Part shown: positions 1 to 8,034 of the stretch, one piece after another
Position numbering within the stretch: the stretch's first letter is position 1
Layout: each line of letters begins with the position of its first letter
Origin: Octopus sinensis
Taxonomy: Eukaryota
DNA length: 13,709 nt
Direction of reading: 5' to 3'
Assembly: GCF_006345805.1 (NCBI RefSeq)
Contig: NW_021826062.1
Location: 1 to 13,709, forward strand
Made by a program: the position numbers and the translations under genes
The notes under the pieces: generated by a model
The model's database searches: none
The model's input: only the letters and a program-made list of their open reading frames with translations
Told to the model about the DNA's origin: nothing

Positions 1-220
1 CGCTCACCGCGACCTAGCTCCTGCGGAGGGCCTGTTTCATCAAACAACTATAAGTTTATGTAGATGTATAAAACTACCTGGTTTAATGTAACCCTATTCT
101 ATCGCCTGTTGATAAACGATGTTGTTGTCCGTCCTTCCTTGGCATATATGAATAAATTTTCTCTTCTACCTACCCTCGAGCATCCCACATACAGCTGTCC
201 ATGTGAAAAGCACTCACTCT

Positions 221-1135
221 CTAAAATAACCCAACTACCTTTAATGACTGTCCCTGGGCCTTGTTTATTGTCATTGCAAAACTCATCCTCAAAGGAAATT
301 GCAGCCTTTTAAATCTAAATGGTAATTCATCAGAAATTATCGGAATTCGTGGAATATAAACATCCTCACCTCTATACTTACCTGTTAATATCGTCGCCTC
401 TATTACGTTAGCCATTAAATTTTTGATAACTAACCTCGTTCCGTTGCATAATTTAGGTGGCGCAAGATTTCGTAATAAAACCACTGGAACGCCTATCTTT
501 AATTTTAAAAGATGATTCGGCATTCCAGAGGGATCTAAGGAGTTTAAAAATTCAACCGGATATTCGCAGGCTCTTTCATGGTCCATAATAACGTCTACCG
601 ATTTGTATATTCTTTCTTCTCCAGGGATTTTGATTAATAAATCTAAATTTATATTAAGTACCTCATCATTTAGCGGAGCTAATATAGCCCGTTCACGAAG
701 CCAGTCGAAATTTCTGTAGTGTTCTGATAGTTCAGAATATACTGAACTGAATAATTCTTCTGCTGTATTCACATATATACATAATTCTTCCGGTAGACTG
801 ATTTTCTGATCCTGTATATCTGAAGTAATTGCCCCATTTCCAATATCTAAAAGGATATTTGGAAATATGCTATTGACGCCTTGTAAATGTGCACATACAT
901 TTACATCTAAGCTTACCTTTTTGACGTGTGTCCACAGGTATGACGATTTGAGGCAGGCATTCAATTCATCCGCAGGCGTCCCTCTTTGAATAATTGGCAG
1001 AGTTTGTCTAAAATCACCTGCCAATACAACTATTGCTCCCCCAAAACAGTTCCTCACAATTCTTGATATCTCTATATGTTCTGTCGACTGCTTCGAATGC
1101 GCCCTTATGAGCCATTGTGCATTCATCCCAAACAA
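221..1135 (-). CDS. Helitron Pif1-like helicase, C-terminal part (fragment of RepHel)
   Basis: FGGAIVVLAGDFRQTLP, LLRNLAPPKLCNGTRL, FKRLQFPLRMSFAMTINKAQGQSL (Pif1 family motifs). Walker B IVWDECTM is in another frame at about 1111..1137. Confidence 0.9.
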   Translation of the reverse strand: MFGMNAQWLIRAHSKQSTEHIEISRIVRNCFGGAIVVLAGDFRQTLPIIQRGTPADELNACLKSSYLWTHVKKVSLDVNVCAHLQGVNSIFPNILLDIGNGAITSDIQDQKISLPEELCIYVNTAEELFSSVYSELSEHYRNFDWLRERAILAPLNDEVLNINLDLLIKIPGEERIYKSVDVIMDHERACEYPVEFLNSLDPSGMPNHLLKLKIGVPVVLLRNLAPPKLCNGTRLVIKNLMANVIEATILTGKYRGEDVYIPRIPIISDELPFRFKRLQFPLRMSFAMTINKAQGQSLKVVGLF

Positions 1136-1196
1136 TTAACCTAGAATTCATAATTCTATAACCCGCAACTGAATTTTTTTTACATTACAAACCGGT

Positions 1197-1808
1197 TCAG
1201 TATTGTAAGACAGGTTCAAGGATGTTGAATGTTGAATGTGCTGTTCGACCTCCATCTAAAAGAGTTGCAGCAATTCCAGACGATGCAACTGCTAATGCTA
1301 TTAGATTGTCGCTTCTCACCTTTGCTAACAATAAATTTAGAAGATAGGTCTTACCTGTACCACCTGGTGCATCAATAAAGATGATAGAACCATTTTCTTC
1401 TTGGATGACTCGGTTAATTTCTCTGTATATTTCCAACTGCCCAGGTAATAAGCTTTGTTCTCTTTCTTCCACAATTTTTTGAAGTTCTTCTAAATTATAA
1501 TGCTCATCTAAAGAATTTATATTATGAAGATCACTGATTGTTAAACCAAAATCACTTACACTCTTACCTACGACAGATATTAGCAATCTGTCTATCATGA
1601 TTAATCCAATGTTGAAAATCTCTTCATCAAAAATCGATCTATTCTTCTCTCTTAATATATCTTCGCACATGCTTTCTCGATGCCCTTCCCACAGTTGCTT
1701 AGGATTAGCTAACCCACAATGGGCTAGCATCAAAGTATATAAATACCTTAGTCGCGATGGAGAATCTGCAATTGCGGCTTCTGTTAAAGTCTGATTCCAG
1801 TTTGTCAT
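1197..1808 (-). CDS. Helitron helicase, N-terminal part with Walker A (fragment)
   Basis: FIDAPGGTGKTYLL (Walker A) and AVASSGIAATLLDGGRTAHSTF (motifs Ia/Ib). Confidence 0.9.
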   Translation of the reverse strand: MTNWNQTLTEAAIADSPSRLRYLYTLMLAHCGLANPKQLWEGHRESMCEDILREKNRSIFDEEIFNIGLIMIDRLLISVVGKSVSDFGLTISDLHNINSLDEHYNLEELQKIVEEREQSLLPGQLEIYREINRVIQEENGSIIFIDAPGGTGKTYLLNLLLAKVRSDNLIALAVASSGIAATLLDGGRTAHSTFNILEPVLQY

Positions 1809-1856
1809 CCTCTAAAAGACCTAATTTAAAACAGGCTTCTCTGTATGTTTCGCAGA

Positions 1857-3339
1857 CTACACCATTGACAGTCCGCAGATCAGTGAATGATTCTGGCCCT
1901 CGAAGTTGTGCAAAAGTAACCTAACACAATAACATTCAAAATTATTTGGATGCACGGTATATACTCTACCCAATGCATCCGTACTTACAATACCGTTATG
2001 TCCGTTTACTGGCTCTCCTCTTATCCTTCTTTTAAATTTCTTTCCGGCCACTTCCCACGTATAATATCTAGGCACATCAACATAATAAATTGTCTTCGCA
2101 AATTCATCAGTCTGACATAATTCAAAGTAGGCCATAAGCGTTGAATTTTTTGGATTCATAACTTGATTACGGGCAGTTTCTTCTCTAAAATATATCCTTT
2201 GTCCATTTTCCAAGTGCACCGCTAAATGCATTACTAATGGATATCTTTCATGAATCGGATATCCGAAAATTCTCCATGCTCCTTCATTACTGCAGATGAA
2301 TCGTCCATGCTGAAAAAAGCTTGGCTCGTCACGCTGCTCAATTGTAAAAATTGCTTGATCAGACCCTTTATTAATGTATTTACATACATATTTAATTGAT
2401 CTAATAGAATTACAAAATTCAACATTAATATGTGCATCAAAAATCTTACATAACAGAGGATTATAAGGCACCACCCACCTGTTGTCAACTGTTATTTCAT
2501 TTTCTTTTCCTTCGTGGAGAGTTGCAGTAAATCCTCCTTCAGCTGTGCCCCTTCTTCGGTAAAGCGGAAATCCATTTTCACCTGTTTGCGTATTATATAT
2601 TAAGTTTTTAGGGTACCCTTTAGAACACTTACCATTTCGCATACACGGTGATGATCTGTTATACATGCCACATGGACCATGTATCATATTTCTTTTGATG
2701 ATCTCGTATAATTCTCTATCTTCATTTGGATTTGGCAATTCTGCCCGTATGCAATCGTCTATTTCTGTAGCCCTAATTTTAGTGACTAACCATAACAATA
2801 TGTGTATATGTGGCAAAACTCTTTTTTGCCACTCTACTGTATACATGTGGCATCTTGTCTTTCCAAATATCTGTCCCTTTGTGAGAAGATCCATCATCTT
2901 ATCGACTTTCCGTTTAAAAACTCTCGCAATGATGTCTTGTCTATACTCTGCCTTTTGCCCTATAAATATGTTATCACTAATTTCTGGCCATTTTTGATTA
3001 CATGTAAAAGTGATAAACAAATCCGGTGTTCCGTAATTTCTTACGTACGTCATCGCATCTTGTGTGCGTTCATGCATATATCTTGGTCCTCCCGTGAATG
3101 ACGACGGCAAAATAACCATTAGACCTACATCAGTTACATTACCATCATTAATTATTGCATCTCTTAAATATATACTCCTCAGCTCTTAGTTTTCGCTGAT
3201 TTAAACGAATGTAGAGAAGTCTCTCTGCTTCTATCTTTGCATACATATCTACAATAAACTGATTAAATAAATGTCCTGTACGATGAATCATGTTGAAATC
3301 TTGCTCTCGTATCATTAACCTATAAGAATAAAATTCCAT
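1857..3339 (-). CDS. Helitron Rep (HUH/Y2 rolling-circle initiator) domain (fragments 3148..3339 and 1857..3119)
   Basis: LPSSFTGGPRYM, PDLFITFTCN (motif 1), VEWQKRVLPHIHILL (HUH, 2802..2810), KYVCKYINKG (two catalytic Tyr). Confidence 0.92.
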
Positions 3340-5687
3340 ACAACTGGTTTTTTTAGTATTGTTAAACCAGTAGATGGATTGATATGCATTACCCTAAAAT
3401 TGTAGCCATCCTCTCCTCTGGGGAATATTAATGGGTACTGAAGAGCATCGTATGATCGATGCGTTTCTGAAATTCTCATTAATCCAGTGGATCTTTTGTT
3501 TATGATAATGTCTCTAGTATCATATTGTTGACCTACTATTAAAATTCCTACCTGGTTTGATGTTGGTGCGTTGTATCGACGCTCATGTTCATTTGCAGGT
3601 GTTCTATCTGCATGTATAACCACCCTATAATCTTCATCAGTTGTAGATCCTAGGATAGATCTAAATGATAAAATATATGTATTGCAAATTTGCAACATAT
3701 TCTGTAACGAACTTATAATATCTGCACGTAGTCTTTGATCTGTTAAACATCTTTGGTTAAATTGATCCTCGTGATTATCTATAAAGTAAATTTGTAAAAA
3801 TTTAAAATCTTCGCCATCATTTGGCAGTAGTGACCCCATCCTATGATATACCTGCCCAAGCACTTTGAATGTTGGCATATAGCCATTCGGTTTGAAATTA
3901 CCGCTTGTCCCAAAAGATGTCATCTGAAAAGCATTATTGTACCTGCGAATATTATCAATGAAGTGCCTAGAAGAAGGTGTTTCATTTCTTAACAGTGTTA
4001 GAAGAGGTTCTGGAGGCGCCTCTAAAGGTGGTAAACGTACCTTTCCCCGACTGCAGCAGATCCCAATTGTTTCCCCCTTAAATTTCATTGCTAAGCACCA
4101 ACTGCATTTTTCCATTAAAGAACCTACATTACCTAAATTTCTATACTCAATGCCCCTATTATAATTAAATCCAGTGTTTTCTAAACCAATAGAATTTGAT
4201 ACCCTACTATTCCTGCGTGAAACTCGTAGTCGATTTTCTGTCTGATGTTCATCTTGAGTTAGTTGGTTCCTCCTAACTGAATTTCTTCTTGTGTTCCGAT
4301 CTCGTCGGCATTCCCTTTGTTGTTGTGACTCTTGTTCCCTACTAATAGCCGTTGCCATTCTATCTTGTTCTTGCCTATGTTCCCTCTGTTCTTGAGTCTC
4401 TTGTTCCCTACTAATAGCAGTTCCCATTCTATCTTGCTCTTGCCTATGTTCCCTTTGTTCTTCTGTCTCTTGTTCCCTACTAATAGCCTTCCCCATTCTA
4501 TCTTGTTCCTGCCTATGTTCCCTCTGTTCTTGTGACTCTTGTTCCCTACTAATAGCCGTTGCCATTTTATCTTGTTCTTGCCTATGTTCCCTCTGTTCTT
4601 GAGTCTCTTGTTCCCTACTAATAGCAGTTCCCATTCTATCTTGCTCTTGCCTATGTTCCCTTTGTTCTTCTGTCTCTTGTTCCCTACTAATAGCCGTTGC
4701 CATTCTATCTTGTTCTTGCCTATGTTCCCTCTGTTCTTGTGACTCTTGTTCCCTACTAATAGCCGTTGCCATTCTATCTTGTTCTTGCCTATGTTCCCTC
4801 TGTTCTTGTGACTCTTGTTCCCTACTAATAGCCGTTGCCATTCTATCTTGTTCTTGCCTATGTTCCCTCTGTTCTTGAGTCTCTTGTTCCCTACTAATAG
4901 CAGTTCCCATTCTATCTTGCTCTTGCCTATGTTCCCTTTGTTCTTCTGTCTCTTGTTCCCTACTAATAGCCGTTGCCATTCTATCTTGTTCTTGTCTATG
5001 TTCCCTCTGTTCTTGTGACTCTTGTTCCCTACTAATAGCCGTTGCCATTCTATCTTGTTCTTGCCTATGTTCCCTCTGTTCTTGAGTCTCTTGTTCCCTA
5101 CTAATAGCAGTTCCCATTCTATCTTGCTCTTGCCTATGTTCCCTTTGTTCTTCTGTCTCTTGTTCCCTACTAATAGCCTTCCCCATTCTATCTTGTTCCT
5201 GCCTATGTTCCCTCTGTTCTTGTGACTCTTGTTCCCTACTAATAGCCTTCCCCATTCTATCTTGTTCTTGTCTATGTTCCCTCTGTTCTTGTGACTCTTG
5301 TTCCCTAGTAATAGCCTTCCCCATTCTATCTTGTTCTTTTCTGAAATTCCTCATATCATCGGTCTCTTGCCTCCTTCTTATAGTTGCTCTTAATCTGTTG
5401 CATTCTTGTCGATGTTCCTTTTGATCTTGTGACTCGGATGCCCTTTTCATAGCCATGCGCAATCTATTCTTTTCTCGTCTAAAATTTGAGATCGAAAACG
5501 TCTCATTTGAACTATTTACTTTAATTTTAAATTTATTATCTAGACTAACACTTATATCATCGAAACTATATCGTTTAAAATTATTATTTCCTACACTAAC
5601 TTTTTTACGTTTCGTGCTACATAAATTATCTAAAACCTGTGTATTTTCCAAATATTCTTTGTTTCTCAATAGGTAATCCGTTTCCAT
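3315..5687 (-). CDS. Helitron RepHel N-terminal region with STPR-like 23-aa repeats and zinc-binding motif (exon 2 portion)
   Basis: 14 x EQE(S/T)xEQREHRQEQDRMxxAISR, then CSWC...ICCSRGKV, IRRYNNAFQMTSFG, FKVLGQVYH and SYDALQYPLIFPRGEDG, typical of Helitron N-terminal regions. Confidence 0.88.
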   Translation of the reverse strand: METDYLLRNKEYLENTQVLDNLCSTKRKKVSVGNNNFKRYSFDDISVSLDNKFKIKVNSSNETFSISNFRREKNRLRMAMKRASESQDQKEHRQECNRLRATIRRRQETDDMRNFRKEQDRMGKAITREQESQEQREHRQEQDRMGKAISREQESQEQREHRQEQDRMGKAISREQETEEQREHRQEQDRMGTAISREQETQEQREHRQEQDRMATAISREQESQEQREHRQEQDRMATAISREQETEEQREHRQEQDRMGTAISREQETQEQREHRQEQDRMATAISREQESQEQREHRQEQDRMATAISREQESQEQREHRQEQDRMATAISREQETEEQREHRQEQDRMGTAISREQETQEQREHRQEQDKMATAISREQESQEQREHRQEQDRMGKAISREQETEEQREHRQEQDRMGTAISREQETQEQREHRQEQDRMATAISREQESQQQRECRRDRNTRRNSVRRNQLTQDEHQTENRLRVSRRNSRVSNSIGLENTGFNYNRGIEYRNLGNVGSLMEKCSWCLAMKFKGETIGICCSRGKVRLPPLEAPPEPLLTLLRNETPSSRHFIDNIRRYNNAFQMTSFGTSGNFKPNGYMPTFKVLGQVYHRMGSLLPNDGEDFKFLQIYFIDNHEDQFNQRCLTDQRLRADIISSLQNMLQICNTYILSFRSILGSTTDEDYRVVIHADRTPANEHERRYNAPTSNQVGILIVGQQYDTRDIIINKRSTGLMRISETHRSYDALQYPLIFPRGEDGYNFRVMHINPSTGLTILKKPVVWNFILIG
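4338..5303 (-). repeat. Coding minisatellite: 14 x 69-bp units (23 aa), with degenerate units on both sides (to about 4270 and 5441)
   Basis: Unit boundaries at 5303 and 4338 span 966 bp = 14 x 69. Units are nearly identical. Confidence 0.97.
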
Positions 5688-5690
5688 ACA

Positions 5691-5715
5691 CTAAAAATAA
5701 ATCTAATATTAATAC
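5691..5715 (-). other. Predicted 25-nt spliceosomal intron in RepHel
   Basis: Minus strand AAA GAG|GTATTAATATTAGATTTATTTTTAG|TGT ATG GAA. Removal fuses ORF 5626..6063 in frame to ORF 3315..5687 (...FSKE-CMETDY...). Confidence 0.75.
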
Positions 5716-6063
5716 CTCTTTACTGAAGTTATTTTCATCGAAACGGATCGATTGATCATCTTCTGACAACTGATGAGTAATCTTATTTTCTCTGACATTA
5801 CATAAGCCTACACTACCTACAGTTCCTCCACCTAGATTACCTACGCATGCACCTACACTACCTACAGATCCTCCACCTAGATTACCTACGCATGCACCTA
5901 CACTACCTACACTCCCTGCGCCCACATTTCCTGCATTTCCTACACCTATATTACCTATGCCCGCACCTACATTACTTACACTCCCCCCAAGCTCAGTTTG
6001 TTCCTTTGTTTTGGCATCCACGATATCTTCGGTGAAACTCTCCATATTCTGACTACCCACCAT
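5716..6063 (-). CDS. Putative exon 1 of RepHel: Gly/Val/Ser-rich low-complexity N-terminus
   Basis: ATG at 6063, open frame up to the predicted GT donor at 5715; contains GGGSVGSVGACVGNL repeats. Confidence 0.65.
5807..5911 (-). repeat. 45-bp coding tandem repeat, about 2.3 copies (15-aa VGSVGACVGNLGGG(S/T))
   Basis: CCTACACTACCTACA recurs at 5807, 5852 and 5897. Confidence 0.9.
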
Positions 6064-6112
6064 ACTAATCTTATTTTTGACGCCACGCAGTAATACATAT
6101 TGAACATTTAAC

Positions 6113-6304
6113 GCTCTTAAGCCTTGTCTTATCTTAATTGCTATCTGAAGTGGTTTATCTAATCAAGGTCACTAAGCCTAATTTCCGGAAACTGTAAAGG
6201 GCTCTTAAGCCTTATCTTAATTGCTATCTGAAGTGGTTTGTCTAATCAAGGTTACTAAGCTAAATTTCCGGAAACTGTAAAGGGCTCTTAAGCATTATCT
6301 TAAT
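6113..6304. repeat. 83-bp tandem repeat (2.2 copies) upstream of RepHel
   Basis: GCTCTTAAGC starts at 6113, 6201 and 6284 (the first unit has a 5-nt insertion). Each full unit contains the palindrome TTTCCGGAAA. Confidence 0.92.
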
Positions 6305-6357
6305 AGGCTGTTAAAAAAATTGACAGGTTTTTAAAGATAAGTGAAAATAAGAATTAA

Positions 6358-6411
6358 TGTCGCGCGCAATGGATGAAACGCGTGCCTAAAGTGAAACGCT
6401 GTGAACCTTGA
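6358..6411 (+). repeat. Left terminal inverted repeat
   Basis: TGTCGCGCGCAATGGATGAAACGCGTGCCTAAAGTGAAACGCTGTGAACCTTGA matches the reverse complement of 7904..7956. Confidence 0.95.
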
Positions 6412-6589
6412 GAAAACCACAAAAAACCTCGAAAATAAAATTAACAATCCTTTGATGAAAACAGGAATAAAACCGAGAAATCAATTTTTTATTATTATCG
6501 TTTGAAAGATTAACAATTTATTTAAATAATGGTTAGCCATTTTAAAATTACCAAAAAATTAAAATATTTTAACCTGAAAATTTACCTGT

Positions 6590-7823
6590 CTAAATTTTTT
6601 TAACTTGTGATTTAAATACTATTTTTTCATTTCCATCTTGATCTTTTATTTTAACTCTATTATTTGAAATTAAATCTTCAACAGTAAAGATTTGTTGATG
6701 ATAAAAAGATTCTAATTTTCGCTTCTTCGTCCTTTGATTTGTATCAAAATCTTTTTTCAGCAAAACATTATTTCCAATTGCAATTTCTTTCAATGTTTTT
6801 GAAAAATTTCGTTCCATTCTTTCAAGATATTTGTCATTTATGATAGTTTGATTTTCATGTTCTTCAATTAATTCATCATCATTATAATAAGAAATGTTAT
6901 ATCCTCTTGTTCGGAAAAAAGCCATAAATGGTGACATATTATAGAAGAATGAATTGAAATATTGTACTGATATATAATTTTTTCTAACACATCCACCCAT
7001 TTTTTCTGTTTGTCTGTGAGTTCTTTTTGAATCCATCTGCAAATGGTTTGATTGCAACGCTCCACTTGTCCCTGTGATTCTGGATGTCTTGGACGTCCCC
7101 TTTTATGAATTATTTTAAATTCTTCACATAATGACGTTATTTCTGAATTAACAAATTCTGTTCCGTTGTCAGACTGCAGAATTTTTGGTGGACCATAGGA
7201 AAGAAATATAGTTTTCAATGATTCCGAAACTGTAACTGCTTCTTTATTTTCTATTTTTTAGCAAAGCAAAATTTTGAATAAATATCTATGACATTCATAA
7301 GATATTTATAGGAATCATTTATATCTGCATAAAACGAAAGATCGACTAAATCAACTTGATAGCTAAAAATAAGCTATTGAATGAACCGTTCTCGAGGTTC
7401 TTTGGCTACTATGTTGACTAGTGGATATTTTGTCTTTAAGGGCTGACTTCGCTGACATTTGTGGCATGATGATATTACATCCCTAATTATGTTTCGATTG
7501 ATTATGCAAAAATTATTTTTGCAATACTCTTCCATTTTATTAAATCCATAGTGATAAATTGAATGAATCCTTTCACAATGCAGTTTCATGGATTCGAAAT
7601 CATTTGAGGCAATTACCAATATTTTGTTTCCATCAGATTGTTTATAATATAGCACACCTATCATTAGATTTAATAGTACCTCCAGAATTTACGAAATTTC
7701 TACATTTTTTGAGAAAACGAAATCTGTTTAGTCTTGAAAAATCTTCTGGTATTGTATTATTTATTAAAAATCAAGAATATTCTTATACTCCTGATCATCC
7801 TTTACAATGTTGGCAAATCTCAT
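6590..7823 (-). CDS. Integrase-type transposase (H2C2 zinc domain, DD35E core, C-terminal SH3-like region); 396 aa after removing 2 introns and restoring three 1-nt homopolymer losses
   Basis: ATG at 7823 (MRFANIVKDD...); HSIYH...CHKC; YQVDLVD; ILQSDNGTEF with E of QGQVER 35 residues after D; stop TAG at 6590..6592. Frameshifts at about 7768, 7256 and 6941. Confidence 0.85.
7363..7386 (-). other. Predicted 24-nt intron in the integrase (contains an in-frame TAG)
   Basis: GAA CG|GTTCATTCAATAGCTTATTTTTAG|C TAT CAA GTT GAT. Splicing restores PRERYQVDLVD, the normal context of the first catalytic Asp. Confidence 0.8.
7658..7679 (-). other. Predicted 22-nt intron in the integrase
   Basis: GGA G|GTACTATTAAATCTAATGATAG|GT GTG CTA. 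Splicing gives NFVNSGGVLYYK; a branch-point-like CTAAT lies just upstream of the AG. Confidence 0.78.
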
Positions 7824-7903
7824 TTCGATAATATTATCTCAAAGTGCGCAATCATCTTTAATATTGACTTGATAATTGTCAAGAGCTTAATTGAAGGTTA
7901 AAT

Positions 7904-7956
7904 TCAAGGTCACGGCGTTTCACTTTAGGCACGCGTTTCATTTATGGCGCGTGACA
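7904..7956 (-). repeat. Right terminal inverted repeat
   Basis: Reverse complement is TGTCACGCGCCATAAATGAAACGCGTGCCTAAAGTGAAACGCCGTGACCTTGA. Confidence 0.95.
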
Positions 7957-8034
7957 ATGTAAATAATTTTTAAGTGAAAATAAGAATCAATTAAGAGATC
8001 CAGCTCGATCTGCGGTTGTTGTGGTAAAAGCCAA

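Larger units (their letters stand above)
94..6063 (-). pseudogene. Helitron Rep/helicase (RepHel), about 1,980 aa when reconstructed; one 25-nt intron and at least 8 small frameshifts as assembled
   Basis: ORFs 5626..6063, 3315..5687, 3148..3339, 1857..3119, 1197..1808 and 221..1135 join into one protein. The C-terminus continues in other frames (ECFSHGQLYVGCSRVG...NIVYQQAIE*, TAG at 94..96). Confidence 0.9.
1..6357 (-). mobile_element. Helitron rolling-circle transposon (3' end probably just left of the window; 5' end uncertain, possibly 7998 with the Ginger element nested inside)
   Basis: Collinear minus-strand fragments give N-terminal repeats, a CxxC..CC zinc motif, an HUH Rep domain and a Pif1-like SF1 helicase, the canonical RepHel order. 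A GC-rich hairpin-prone segment at 1..32 lies downstream of the stop. Confidence 0.9.
6358..7956 (-). mobile_element. Ginger2/TDD-like DNA transposon (retroviral-type integrase, TIRs, no RT or LTRs)
   Basis: 53-54-bp imperfect TIRs with TGT...ACA ends enclose a single integrase gene. Confidence 0.88.

Noticed and set aside
30-45. Minus-strand TTGATGAAAC as a hammerhead ribozyme core (similar string near 6451..6465)
   Set aside because: It lacks the CUGAUGA...GAAA arrangement with an intervening stem II; probably coincidental.
64-3101. Small plus-strand ORFs (64..312, 1597..1794, 2665..2997, 2802..3101)
   Set aside because: Antisense to conserved Helitron coding sequence with no independent support.
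1040-3360. Other RepHel frameshifts as further mini-introns
   Set aside because: No extra 20-25 nt GT-AG segment is present; the expected protein sequence is restored by 1-2 nt indels instead.
4332-5225. Four similar 67-aa plus-strand ORFs, and the array as a possible CRISPR
   Set aside because: They are antisense readings of the 69-bp coding repeat. Units are contiguous with no unique spacers, and there are no cas genes.
6590-7823. Integrase as a remnant of an LTR retrotransposon or a domesticated host gene
   Set aside because: It is tightly bounded by inverted repeats with TGT/ACA ends, has no gag, RT, RNase H or LTRs, and carries predicted introns.
6338-7987. 17-bp direct repeat as the Ginger target-site duplication
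   Set aside because: It does not abut the TIRs (3 and 14 nt away) and is far longer than the 4-bp TSD expected.
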